Assembly (NCBI GenBank): GCA_963806225.1
Contig: CAWDXG010000004.1
Location: 3,232,001 to 3,296,000 of the forward strand
DNA: 64,000 nt
Source of the DNA: an uncultured delta proteobacterium
GTDB taxonomy: Bacteria; Myxococcota_A; Polyangia; Polyangiales; Polyangiaceae
Direction of reading: 5' to 3'
The position numbers and the translations under genes are program-made. The stretch's first letter is position 1. Each line of letters begins with the position of its first letter. Shown one piece after another: positions 48,421-58,808 of this stretch. Under the pieces are notes generated by a model. The model ran no database searches, had not been told where the DNA came from, and saw only the letters and a list, made by a program, of their open reading frames with translations.

Positions 48421-50079
48421 CTAGAACAGGCCCGTGATAGCGCCGCTCTCGTCCACGTCGATACCGAGCGCGGCGGGCTTTCCGGGCAGGCCGGGCATGG
48501 TGCGGATGTTGTTCGTGAGGGCGTAGACGAAGCCGGCACCCGCCGACAGGCGTACTTCGCGGATCGGGAAGCGGTAGCCGCGGGGGCGACCGAGCAGCTT
48601 CGGGTCGTGGGAGAGCGAGTACTGCGTCTTGGCGACGCACACGGGCAGCGCGCCGAAGCCGAGCTCGGTGAAGCGCGCGAGCTGTGACGCCGCGGCAGGC
48701 GCGATGTCGAGGTCGTCCGCGCCGTAGATGCGCGTCGCGAGGATGCGGAGCTTGTCTTCGAGCGGGGCGTCGAGCGGATAAAGCTCGTGGAAGCTGCCGG
48801 GCTCCGTCGACGCGACGGCCCGCGCCAGCGCTTCGCCGCCTGCGCTGCCCTGCGCGTACACGTCGCACACCACGGCAGCGCTCGCGCCCGCGTCGCGGGC
48901 CAGACGGATGAGGTCGTCGAGCTCCGCGTCATGATCCGTGGGAAAACGATTCACGGCGACGACCACGGCCAGCCCGAACGCGCGTAGGTGATCGAGATGG
49001 GCCCGGAGGTTGTCGGCGCCGGCACGCAGCGCGTCCAGGTCCTCGGCGAGCAGGGCGTCGGGCAGCGGCTTGCCCGGATGCACCTCGAAGCGACCGCTGT
49101 GCAGCTTGATGGCACGCGCCGAGCACACCAGCACCTCCACGTCTGGTGTGATGCCGCTGGCGCGGCACTTGATGTGGAAGAGCTTCTCCGCGCCGCAGTC
49201 GGCGCCGAACCCGCTTTCCGTCACCACGAAGTCGGCGAGCCCGACGGCGGCGAGATCTGCCAGCACGGAGCTGTTACCGTGGGCGATGTTGGCGAACGGG
49301 CCCGCGTGCACGAACGCCGGCGTATGCTCCGAGGTCTGCGCCAGGTTCGGGCGCAGCGCGTCGCGAAGCAGCGCCGCCATCGAGCCCGCCGCGCCGATGT
49401 CCTCGGCCGTGACCGGATCGCCGGAGGGCGACAGCCCGACGATGATGCGGCCAAGCCGCGCGCGCAGATCGGCCATGTCGCGCGCGAGCGCGAGGACGGC
49501 CATGACTTCCGACGCCGCGGTGAGGTCGAAACCCGTTTCGCGGCGCAGCGCGAGCTTGCGCCCGCCGCTGCCGGTCGTGATCTGCGACAGCCCCCGGTCG
49601 CTCACGTCGACGACCCGCCGCCAGCTGATGCCGTCCGGATCGAGCCGCGGCGTCGCGCCTCTGGCAACGTGGTTGTCGACCATGGCGGCGAGCAGATTGT
49701 TGGCGGCGCTCACCGCGGGCAGGTCCCCGGTGAAGTGGAGGTTGATGTCCTCCATCGGCAGGAGCATGGAGCGACCGCCGCCCGCGCCGCCGCCCTTGAT
49801 GCCGAAGACCGGAGCGCGCGACGGCTCGCGCAGCGTGGCGACCGCCTTGTGCCCTGCGTGGCAGAGCGCCATCGAGAGCCCTATTGAAACGACCGTCTTG
49901 CCCTCGCCGAGCGGCGTGGGCGTGACGGCCGTGACGCCAACGTAGCGCGCGCGGCGCGGCGGCGGCACGTAGCCGGGCGCAAGCTTCGCCTTGTACCAGC
50001 CGTAGGGTTCGAAATCGGTCGGCGAGAGACCGAGGTCGGCTGCAATCGTCTCGATCCGGAGGGGCTCCGCGGGGGACAT
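48421..50079 (-). CDS. fhs: Formate--tetrahydrofolate ligase
   Basis: TPTPLGEGKT, FGIKGG, INLHFTGD, HAGPFANIAHG and TMPGLP. Confidence 0.96.
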   Translation of the reverse strand: MSPAEPLRIETIAADLGLSPTDFEPYGWYKAKLAPGYVPPPRRARYVGVTAVTPTPLGEGKTVVSIGLSMALCHAGHKAVATLREPSRAPVFGIKGGGAGGGRSMLLPMEDINLHFTGDLPAVSAANNLLAAMVDNHVARGATPRLDPDGISWRRVVDVSDRGLSQITTGSGGRKLALRRETGFDLTAASEVMAVLALARDMADLRARLGRIIVGLSPSGDPVTAEDIGAAGSMAALLRDALRPNLAQTSEHTPAFVHAGPFANIAHGNSSVLADLAAVGLADFVVTESGFGADCGAEKLFHIKCRASGITPDVEVLVCSARAIKLHSGRFEVHPGKPLPDALLAEDLDALRAGADNLRAHLDHLRAFGLAVVVAVNRFPTDHDAELDDLIRLARDAGASAAVVCDVYAQGSAGGEALARAVASTEPGSFHELYPLDAPLEDKLRILATRIYGADDLDIAPAAASQLARFTELGFGALPVCVAKTQYSLSHDPKLLGRPRGYRFPIREVRLSAGAGFVYALTNNIRTMPGLPGKPAALGIDVDESGAITGLF

Positions 50080-50157
50080 CGGTGCCGATGATGGACCCTC
50101 CGCCGCAGCGCGGCCAGCGGCTTGGAGCCCGGCGGCGCCCCGCGCTATACGCCGGGG

Positions 50158-51612
50158 ATGCACGTGCACATCGTCGCCGTCGCCGGGACGGCCATGGGCT
50201 CGCTGGCGGGGCTTCTGGTGGAGCTGGGTCACGAGGTGTCGGGCAGCGACGTGGCGTTCGATCCGCCCATGGGGCCCGCGCTGGAAGCGTGGGGCGTCCG
50301 CTGCCTGCAGGGCTTCGACGCGCGCCACCTGGAGCCGGAACCGGACCTGGTCGTTGTCGGCAACGTGTGCCGTCGCGACAACGTGGAGGCGAAAGCCGCC
50401 ATCGAGCGCGGGCTCGAGTTCACGCACGTCGCCGGCGCGCTCCGCCGGTTCGCGCTGGAAGGCACCTCGCCGCTCGTCGTGGCGGGAACCCACGGCAAGA
50501 CGACGACCACGTCGATCGCGGCCTGGCTTCTGGAAGCGACGGGCTACGAACCGGGATTCCTGGTGGGCGGCATCCCCAAGAACTTCGAGCGCAGCTTCCG
50601 CACCGCGCGCGAGCCGCGGCGTCGGCTGGAGACGGTCGGAGGCCCCAGACGCCAGAAGCCCTTCGTGCTGGAAGGCGACGAGTACGACACGGCCTTCTTC
50701 GAGAAGACGCCGAAGTTCATCCACTACGGCGCCGAGGTCGCGATCATCACGTCGATCGAGCACGACCACATCGACATCTACCCGGAGCTCGAACAGTACC
50801 TGGACGCGTTCCGGCGCTTCATCTCTGGCGTTCCGGAGCACGGGCTGATCGTCGCCAACGCGGCCGATGCGCTGGTGGTAGAGCTGGTGAACGATGCGGC
50901 CCGGGCGGAGGTCGCCTGGTACGCGCTAGAGGACGAGGACACGCACGGCATGGCGCCGCACTGGCTCGCGGCGCCCGCCGGCTCGAACGAGCGCGCGACC
51001 AGCTTTGATCTGTTCGCTGGCGGGGTCGCCTGCGGCCGCCTGTCGATGCCGCTGCCCGGCCGGCACAACGTCGGCAACGCGACCGCGGCCATCGGTGCGC
51101 TCGCGCAGGGCTACGGCGTCCGGCTCGACGAGCTCGGTCCGGCGCTGGCGCGTTTCGCGGGCGTGAAACGGCGGCAGGATCTGCTGGGCGAGCCGCGCGG
51201 CATCTTCGTCTACGACGACTTCGCGCACCATCCCACCGCCGTGCGCGAGACGCTGCTGGCCCTACGCATGCGCCACCCGAAAGCCCGCCTGTTCGCGGTA
51301 TTCGAGCCGCGCAGCGCCACGGCGTGCCGCAACCTGCACCAGGCGGAGTACGCGCGGAGCTTCGACTCGGCCGACGATATCCTGATCGCACCGCTCGGCC
51401 GCAGCGGGCTGCCGCCAGAGGAGCGTCTCAACGTCGATCAGCTGGTCGCCGAGCTCGAGGCGCGCGGACGCGCGGCCGGAAGCGCGCCCTCGGTCGACGC
51501 CATCGTCCAGCGCCTGGTGGGCGAGGCCCGGCCCGGCGATGTCATCGCGCTCTTGTCGAACGGCGCGTTTGGTGGCATCCACGCCAGGTTGCTCGACGCA
51601 CTCGCGAGCTGA
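50158..51612 (+). CDS. mpl: Murein peptide ligase
   Basis: [36 protein letters not shown] and FEPRS. Confidence 0.92.
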   Translation: MHVHIVAVAGTAMGSLAGLLVELGHEVSGSDVAFDPPMGPALEAWGVRCLQGFDARHLEPEPDLVVVGNVCRRDNVEAKAAIERGLEFTHVAGALRRFALEGTSPLVVAGTHGKTTTTSIAAWLLEATGYEPGFLVGGIPKNFERSFRTAREPRRRLETVGGPRRQKPFVLEGDEYDTAFFEKTPKFIHYGAEVAIITSIEHDHIDIYPELEQYLDAFRRFISGVPEHGLIVANAADALVVELVNDAARAEVAWYALEDEDTHGMAPHWLAAPAGSNERATSFDLFAGGVACGRLSMPLPGRHNVGNATAAIGALAQGYGVRLDELGPALARFAGVKRRQDLLGEPRGIFVYDDFAHHPTAVRETLLALRMRHPKARLFAVFEPRSATACRNLHQAEYARSFDSADDILIAPLGRSGLPPEERLNVDQLVAELEARGRAAGSAPSVDAIVQRLVGEARPGDVIALLSNGAFGGIHARLLDALAS

Positions 51613-51632
51613 ACCAAGAGGAGCCCTTCGAA

Positions 51633-52124
<492 letters not shown>

Positions 52125-52275
52125 CGCCCTGCGGTAAATCCCAGGACTGAACGCATGGTGCCCCAAAGAGAGGCCGTGCGGAAATCCGGGCGGCAGCGCC
52201 CACTGACCTCTCGTGGACAAGAGCCCGGACAGCCGTCCGCTGGCCCCGGCGCCTTCCGTAGGCGATGATGCGATC

Positions 52276-55239
52276 ATGGCTTCCCGCAGCCAGCCGGCTC
52301 CGCCGCCCCGGCCCCCGCCGCGGGTCCCGCGCCCAGAGCGACGAGCACCGAATCCGCGGCCGGCTCCGGTCGTCCGGCGGGTGCCGAGCCGGCGTCCGAT
52401 GGCGTCGACGCCGCAGGCCGAACCTGCGGTGCTGCTGGTCGGCGCCGGCGAAGCCATGGAAGCTGCGCTCACGCAGGCGCTGGACCGGCACGGCGTGTTC
52501 GTGGAGACCTCGCCGGCAGACGCGGTCGTGGACACGGTGGTCGCCGCCGCCCCGGACCTGATCCTGCTGGTCGGAGACGCCGCGCGCGACTGCGGGAGCG
52601 AGGTTTTGACAGAGCTGGCAGCATCGCCGCTCAGCTCGGTCGTGCCGGTCGCGATCCTGGACGACAACACGGCGCTCGACGCGCGGCTCCAGGCCTTCCG
52701 GCACGGGGCCGCGGCCATCATCCCGAATTCCGCCAGCGCCGACGCCATCGCCGACCAGGTGGCGCGCCTGGCGCGGGAGATCCCCGAACGCGGCGGCGGC
52801 TCGCTCGGCAACCTGGGCGAGTCCACTCTGGAGGACCTGATCTCGGCGCTGGGCAAGGAACTGCGTACCGGGGTGCTCTCTGTACGCTCCGAACAGGATT
52901 CGGAAGCGGAGGCGGTGCGACTCGTGCTCGGCGGAGGTCGCCCGCTGACGGAGGTGATCGACGACTTCGTCTCGCGGCTCCGCGGCCACATCGTGCTGGC
53001 CGAACCGCTGCGCTACGAGTTCGACGAGCGCGCCGGCGGCACGGTGCAGCTGCTCGGAGGGGAAGAAACCTCCTCGACCCACGAGGACGTGCACGACCTG
53101 CGCATCCTGCTGGCCGACGACGACGCGGCACGCGCCGACGCGGTGGCGCAGCAGCTCCGCGCGCAGGACGCGACCGTGATGGTCACCGACCTGGATCCCT
53201 CGGCGATGCGCTTCGAGCGCCTGCGCCAGCTCGACCCAACGGTGCTCCTGATCGGTGAAGAGCAGCTCCAGGGCGTGGGCTACGACTTGATCCGTCGCAT
53301 GCGCCGCGACACCCGGCTGCGCTGGGCGTCGCTCCTGGTCGTGCGCTGGGACGAGGTCTGGCGCGACGACGCCAATGTGCCCGCAGTCGACCGCCTGCTC
53401 GGGACGCTGAACGACCTGGCCGAACCGGAGCGCGCCGTCAGCGCCCGGGCCGATGCCGGCGAGCCCTTCGACACCCGACTCGAAGCGATGGGGCCGACAC
53501 GGCTCCTGCGCGCTCTGACGAGCTGCTCCCATCCACTGCGGTTGACGGTGTTCAATCCGCGCGTCCAGGTCAGCCTCGAGATCTCGAACGAGCTGCTCGT
53601 CTCCGCCAACACGCACGTCCTGGGGCGGCGTCTGGAACAGCTGGAAGGCGCGGCCGCGCTCTCCGCGTTCGTCGTGCTCGGGTCGGGTCGGGCCCACGTT
53701 GAAGCGGTAACGCAGCCAACCTCGACCAACATGATGGCGCCCCTTGACGTCGCGCTCGACATGGCCGACGCGGAGCCTCCGCCAATCCCGCCGTCGCTGC
53801 CCAGCCCGGCTAGTGACTCGGTGCGACCGCCGATCGCGGGAGCGCTCGCCCGGGGTGCGAAGGCTGCGCCGGCGATCGCGGCACCGGCACAGCCCGCACC
53901 CGCGCCGGCAGCCGCCCCTGCGGCGGCGGCGCCCGTGCCACCTCCCGCGCCTGCCCCGATTGCGCAGGTGCAGCCAGTCGAACCCGCGGCAGTCGCTCTG
54001 CCGACGGCGATCATCCAGCCGGAGGCGGGCGCGGCCAGCGAGGTCCCGGTCAGCGTGGACGCCGAGCTGCTGTCGCCCGTGACTGTCCCGCCCTCGGCGT
54101 TGGAGACGGACACGGATGATGCCAACGCGATCCCCCTGCAGGTCGGGCCTCTCGGCAAGGCACGCCGCTGGCTGGACGAGAGCACCCGCCCGGGTTCGCC
54201 ACCCCGCACCGTTGCTGCCTGGCTGGCTCCCGTGGCGTTGCTGCAGGTAGCGGCAACGATCGCAGTGCTGGTCGGGCTTTCGCCGTCGACGCAGAGCAAG
54301 GCCAGAGCCGCGAAGAGCGTCGCCAGCACCACGGCACCCGCCACAAGCGCGGGCGACCCGGCCAAGACCGCCAGCGCCGCGCCGGCAAACAGCGCAGCCA
54401 GCGCACCGACTGCCCTCGCTGCTCCCCGGACCGCTCCGAGCAGCGGCAGCAAGAGTCCACCACCTGGACACATGCCGTTGCCGGTGCTCCACCATCCGCG
54501 CGCTCCCAGCTGCAAGCAGCTGCTCGCCAAGGAGCCGCCGCGCCACGACGGTCTGCCGGGCGCGGCCTACCGCGCCATCAAGGAGGCGCGGCGCGGGCTG
54601 GTGCGGGGCGACGTAGACGCCGGACAGCGCGCCTACTGTCGCGCCGCGGCCTTCGACGTGCACAGCGTGACCGCGGCAGTCGAGCTGACGCGGGTGCTGC
54701 TGCTCAGGCGGGACGGACGGGCCGCCGCCGACTGGACGCGTCGTGCCCGCGAGCGAGGAGCCGGTGAAGCGACCGTGAAGGGGCTGCTCGGAGACGCCTT
54801 GGCGCTGACCGGCGATTTCGACAAGGCGCGGAGCGCGTGGCTCGAAGCCAACGGGGGTCGGCCCGGAGACGTCCAGGCGACCGATGCGCTGGCGGACAAG
54901 TCGCTCGCCATCGCACGCCGCGCGCTCCATGCCAACGCGTATTCACGCGCGGAACGCTACTTCCGCCGCGCCGCCGTGCTTGCCCCGGATAGCGCGAGCG
55001 CGGCGATCGGGCTGGCCCGGACGCTGCTCATGCTGGACGTGCCGGGGGATGCCATGGTCTGGGCGCGCTACGCGGTCGCCAAGGCCCCGCAGAACCCGGA
55101 CGCGCGAATCGTTCTCGGTGACGTGCTCCACCGCAAGGGCCAGGACGCCGACGCGAGACACGCCTGGGAGAAGGCGCTCGAGCTGCAACCGGGGAATCAG
55201 CCCGCGCAGTCGAGGCTGAGGCGGCTGGGCTCGCAATAG
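52276..55239 (+). CDS. Large receiver-like / Pro-rich / TPR protein
   Basis: Two receiver-like segments (PDLILL; ILLADDD), Pro/Ala linker, one TM segment and C-terminal TPRs. Start uncertain. Confidence 0.75.
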   Translation: MASRSQPAPPPRPPPRVPRPERRAPNPRPAPVVRRVPSRRPMASTPQAEPAVLLVGAGEAMEAALTQALDRHGVFVETSPADAVVDTVVAAAPDLILLVGDAARDCGSEVLTELAASPLSSVVPVAILDDNTALDARLQAFRHGAAAIIPNSASADAIADQVARLAREIPERGGGSLGNLGESTLEDLISALGKELRTGVLSVRSEQDSEAEAVRLVLGGGRPLTEVIDDFVSRLRGHIVLAEPLRYEFDERAGGTVQLLGGEETSSTHEDVHDLRILLADDDAARADAVAQQLRAQDATVMVTDLDPSAMRFERLRQLDPTVLLIGEEQLQGVGYDLIRRMRRDTRLRWASLLVVRWDEVWRDDANVPAVDRLLGTLNDLAEPERAVSARADAGEPFDTRLEAMGPTRLLRALTSCSHPLRLTVFNPRVQVSLEISNELLVSANTHVLGRRLEQLEGAAALSAFVVLGSGRAHVEAVTQPTSTNMMAPLDVALDMADAEPPPIPPSLPSPASDSVRPPIAGALARGAKAAPAIAAPAQPAPAPAAAPAAAAPVPPPAPAPIAQVQPVEPAAVALPTAIIQPEAGAASEVPVSVDAELLSPVTVPPSALETDTDDANAIPLQVGPLGKARRWLDESTRPGSPPRTVAAWLAPVALLQVAATIAVLVGLSPSTQSKARAAKSVASTTAPATSAGDPAKTASAAPANSAASAPTALAAPRTAPSSGSKSPPPGHMPLPVLHHPRAPSCKQLLAKEPPRHDGLPGAAYRAIKEARRGLVRGDVDAGQRAYCRAAAFDVHSVTAAVELTRVLLLRRDGRAAADWTRRARERGAGEATVKGLLGDALALTGDFDKARSAWLEANGGRPGDVQATDALADKSLAIARRALHANAYSRAERYFRRAAVLAPDSASAAIGLARTLLMLDVPGDAMVWARYAVAKAPQNPDARIVLGDVLHRKGQDADARHAWEKALELQPGNQPAQSRLRRLGSQ

Positions 55240-55271
55240 ACGCCATGCGCGTCGCCGCGCGGGCGCTGCGA

Positions 55272-56021
55272 TCACGGAACGATGCGGTCGGGATTGCCCA
55301 GGAATTCGAAGTGCATCGTGTCCTGAAGCTCGTCGCGGCCAAGCCAGTAGAAGCCATACCGCTCGAAAGCGTGGACCCAACAGCGCGGCAGGGATGTCTT
55401 GTCGTAGACGGACTTCGCGTCCTTCTTGCAGATGGGGTTGTCGGGCCACGGCTTGACGCAGTGGCAGCAGGGATTCCTGCTCGGATCGATATCCACGGCG
55501 ATGCCGAACATGTGGTTGGACACCTCGCCGTGGTGGTAGGTGTTCCGGGTGCGGAAGCCGCCGACCGCGTGCGGCGTGTAGCGGTTGTGCCGGGAGCGGC
55601 AGACCTTGTTGATGCGCCACTCGACGCAGCGCAGCGCCGGCACGATCTTCCTGTGCACGCGGATCGGGAGCCCCATGAACGTGGTGTTCTCGGCCTGGGA
55701 GATCGCGCTCATGGGATTGAGCTTGTCGAGCCCGATGCCGGGCACGCTGCCGTAGTGCTTCACGCGGTAGGCGAGCGCGCGCTTGAACCGCCCGTCGAGC
55801 AGTTGCCCATGCCGGACGAAGTGCCGCCGCTCGAGGAAGAGCTGCGGATGCTGCAGCCGGCATCCTCTGAAATGGTGGTGCGCATGCCGGTGGTGCGTGG
55901 CCTTCGACGAGCTCGACGCGTGATGCCCACCGGCCGCACGAGCGCTCTCCGACGGCAGGAGGAGCAGGCTCGCGAGCCCGAGTACGAGGCAGATCAAGCC
56001 AAGCAGGCGACCAAGCGACAT
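55272..56021 (-). CDS. M15-family metallopeptidase
   Basis: SNHMFGIAVDID and DTMHFE. Signal peptide. Confidence 0.85.
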   Translation of the reverse strand: MSLGRLLGLICLVLGLASLLLLPSESARAAGGHHASSSSKATHHRHAHHHFRGCRLQHPQLFLERRHFVRHGQLLDGRFKRALAYRVKHYGSVPGIGLDKLNPMSAISQAENTTFMGLPIRVHRKIVPALRCVEWRINKVCRSRHNRYTPHAVGGFRTRNTYHHGEVSNHMFGIAVDIDPSRNPCCHCVKPWPDNPICKKDAKSVYDKTSLPRCWVHAFERYGFYWLGRDELQDTMHFEFLGNPDRIVP

Positions 56022-56098
56022 GAAGCCCGGATGCTAGCTCGACAGCTCGCGCCCGCAACCGTCCCGCTCGGCTGAAGCTTCTGCTACCTTGTTTTCCA

Positions 56099-57367
56099 GT
56101 GGCCCATTTCCCGTCTGCGCTCGATTCGCCGCGCCCTGGAGCGCCGCGGAGCGCCCTCTGGACGCTGGCGGCCCTGCTTGTCTGCGGGCTCTGCGCCGGC
56201 TGCGGGCTCGAGACCCAGGCTGAGAGCGCGGGGTCGGGAGCCGCCGGCGCCTCTGGCAGTGACGGCGGAATGGATGCCGCCGACGATGTCACCCAGACCT
56301 GCCTGCCTACCCCGGGCCAGAAGCAGTGCGGCGTGAGATGCGTCGAGGAGACCGACCCGGACTACGGTTGCAGCGACCCGTCGTGCACCCCGTGCTCGCT
56401 GCCCCACGCCACCCCCACCTGCAAGGGCGGGGCGTGTGCCGTCGGCAGCTGCGACCCGGGCTATCTGGACTGCGACGGGCAGAGCGCCAATGGCTGCGAA
56501 GTGCTCGCCGACTCCGACCCCAGCCACTGCGGGGACTGCGGCACCGACTGCAGCGCGCTCGATCCCAGCAAGCAGTGGACGTGCAGCTCGGGGCAATGCC
56601 AGCTGCTCTGTCCGGCGGGCGAAGGGGACTGCAACCTGACCCCCACGGACGGCTGCGAATCCCAGCTTGCGACAGACACCAACAACTGCGGAACCTGCGG
56701 CCGCGCCTGCTCGGCAGATCACGGACACGACCAGACCTGCAACCAGGGGACGTGCTCGACGAGCTGCTACGCGCCGTGGGGCGACTGCAAGCACCCTGCT
56801 GCGCCGGCCCCCGATGACGGCTGCGAGACGGACCTGAACTCCGACTCCGCGAACTGCGGCGGATGCGGCCAGGCCTGCTCGACCAGCAACAGCGCGACGC
56901 AGAGCTGCTCGAACGGCGCCTGCGTGCACGCCTGCCAGGCGGGCTGGGCCGACTGCAACGGCAACCAGCCCGCAGCGAACGACGACGGCTGCCAGACGCA
57001 AACCGGTGCCGATATCGACCACTGCGGCAGCTGCACCCGGCCGTGCTCGAAGGGGAACGTGGCGGTGCGCGCGTGCCAGGGCGGCCTGTGCACCTCCGCC
57101 TGCAACAAGGACTGGGGAAACTGCAAGCAGCCACCGGCGCCGCAGGGTGACGACGGTTGCGAAACCTACCTCGAGACGCAGCAGGACTGCGGCAGCTGCG
57201 GGCGGAGCTGCTCGACCGCGAACGCCTACAGCACGTACTGTTCCAAGGGCGGCTGTGTGCCGTCTTGCAAGCCGGACTGGGCCGATTGCAGCACGCCCGC
57301 CGCGCCCCAGCCGGACGACGGCTGCGAATGCCACGGCCACTGCGCCGGCGGCAATTGCATGCCGTAG
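56099..57367 (+). CDS. Cys-rich repeat lipoprotein
   Basis: Lipobox AGC and repeated DGCE..L..D..[NH]CG.CG..C units. Confidence 0.85.
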   Translation: MAHFPSALDSPRPGAPRSALWTLAALLVCGLCAGCGLETQAESAGSGAAGASGSDGGMDAADDVTQTCLPTPGQKQCGVRCVEETDPDYGCSDPSCTPCSLPHATPTCKGGACAVGSCDPGYLDCDGQSANGCEVLADSDPSHCGDCGTDCSALDPSKQWTCSSGQCQLLCPAGEGDCNLTPTDGCESQLATDTNNCGTCGRACSADHGHDQTCNQGTCSTSCYAPWGDCKHPAAPAPDDGCETDLNSDSANCGGCGQACSTSNSATQSCSNGACVHACQAGWADCNGNQPAANDDGCQTQTGADIDHCGSCTRPCSKGNVAVRACQGGLCTSACNKDWGNCKQPPAPQGDDGCETYLETQQDCGSCGRSCSTANAYSTYCSKGGCVPSCKPDWADCSTPAAPQPDDGCECHGHCAGGNCMP

Positions 57368-57426
57368 CCAGGCCGTTTTGCAGTCGATTTGCGCCCCTGA
57401 CCCGACCTGGTGGTAGTTTTCCCCCG

Positions 57427-57831
57427 ATGTCCGGCGCCACCGGTGGCACAACGCTGTTCGAGGAGCTCGGCGGTGAACCCGTCCTCCGCGCGATCATCGA
57501 TCGTTTTGTCGACCGCATCTTCGACGACACGATGATCGGCTTCTTCTTCCAGCGGGCCAGCCGGCAGCGCATCAAGGAAAAGGAGTACGAGTTCGCTGCG
57601 CGTCATCTGGGCGCTGACGTGGAGTACACGGGGCGGCCGCTGGACCAGGCGCATGCGGCGCACAGGATCATGGGCGGTCAATTCATGCGGCGCCTCAGAA
57701 TCCTGGAGCAAGTCCTCGAGGAATTCGACGTGCCGCCCCGGATCCGCGACCACTGGATTGCACACACCGAGAGCCTCCGCCCACTGATCACGCAGGATGC
57801 CCGAGGAACATGCAACGACGGACACCTATGA
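57427..57831 (+). CDS. Group 1 truncated hemoglobin
   Basis: TLFEELGGE, FVDRIF.D..IG.FF and YTGR.L..AH. Confidence 0.88.
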   Translation: MSGATGGTTLFEELGGEPVLRAIIDRFVDRIFDDTMIGFFFQRASRQRIKEKEYEFAARHLGADVEYTGRPLDQAHAAHRIMGGQFMRRLRILEQVLEEFDVPPRIRDHWIAHTESLRPLITQDARGTCNDGHL

Positions 57832-58763
57832 AACCCAGGCTACTGCTTCTGCCCGCGCTGCCCGCGCTGCTCGCTCTGGTCGGCGCCTGTGCCACGGCCG
57901 GCTCGACCTGGATAGCCCAGCCGTTGCCCGGCGATAACGACGCCTGGTCCGGCGGCAGCGACGCGCCCCCTGGGGCGAGCGAGCTGCCCGCGCCGAGCGC
58001 GCCAAGCGCGCCGAGCGCGCCAAGCGCAGTACACACGCTGCACCGGAGCGGCCCCGCACCACGCGTCATCGGCGGTTCTGCGGGGCGCACGCACCACCAG
58101 GCTCCACACGCTGTCAAGCGCAAGCTCCAGGGCAAGGTGCTCGGAACGTTCCGCAACACCTACTACGACTTTCCCGACGAAGCGGACTTCAAGGGCAAGC
58201 CGGTCGAGCTGAAGAACGCGAGCTGCCACACCATCGCGAAGGTACCCCGCGGTTTCTTCGAGGCCGTCTGCGTGCAGGGTAGCGGCACGCTGAACGACGG
58301 CTCGACCGTCAGCTTCGCCAAACGCGACTGCGACTGTGCCGACGTGTGCCCACGCAGCGGCCAGAAGATCTGCTTCGACCAGCTTGATCGATCACGCTAT
58401 CCGTGGGGGCGGGGCGCGACGGGCAAGCCGATCACGCCACTGCTCACGGTGGCGATGGATACCAGCGTCGTGCCGCTCGGCACCCCCATCTACATCCCCG
58501 AGTTCGACGGGGTGCCGCGCGACGCCGATCGCGACAGCTTCCACGACGGCTGCTTCATCGTGCAGGACCGGGGGATGAAGGTGACGGGCAAGCACGTCGA
58601 CGTGTTCACCGGTCACCACGCCATCACGGAGCTGTGGAACCACCTCGTGCCGAGCAACAAGGGCGTGACGGTCGTGCTGGACAGCCCGCACTGCGCGCGA
58701 GCCGAGCACGTTCCCACCCTGCAAGAGATCCGCGAAGAGCGGCGTCGGCACGACAAGAAATAG
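57828..58763 (+). CDS. 3D-domain (MltA-like) lipoprotein
   Basis: TVAMD..VVPLGT.IYIP and QDRG..V.GKHVDVFTG. Lipobox GAC. Confidence 0.82.
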   Translation: MKPRLLLLPALPALLALVGACATAGSTWIAQPLPGDNDAWSGGSDAPPGASELPAPSAPSAPSAPSAVHTLHRSGPAPRVIGGSAGRTHHQAPHAVKRKLQGKVLGTFRNTYYDFPDEADFKGKPVELKNASCHTIAKVPRGFFEAVCVQGSGTLNDGSTVSFAKRDCDCADVCPRSGQKICFDQLDRSRYPWGRGATGKPITPLLTVAMDTSVVPLGTPIYIPEFDGVPRDADRDSFHDGCFIVQDRGMKVTGKHVDVFTGHHAITELWNHLVPSNKGVTVVLDSPHCARAEHVPTLQEIREERRRHDKK

Positions 58764-58808
58764 CGCGCCGCGGCCGGACGGGCAGCGCAAGACCCGCCCA
58801 GAGCCCGA

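Noticed and set aside
55860..55935. His-rich stretch (HHASSSSKATHHRHAHHH) as a second precursor
   Set aside because: It is a linker within an M15 peptidase and has no HxS periodicity.
56099..57367. Cys-rich repeat protein as a RiPP precursor
   Set aside because: Typical myxobacterial disulfide-rich lipoprotein with no adjacent modification enzymes.
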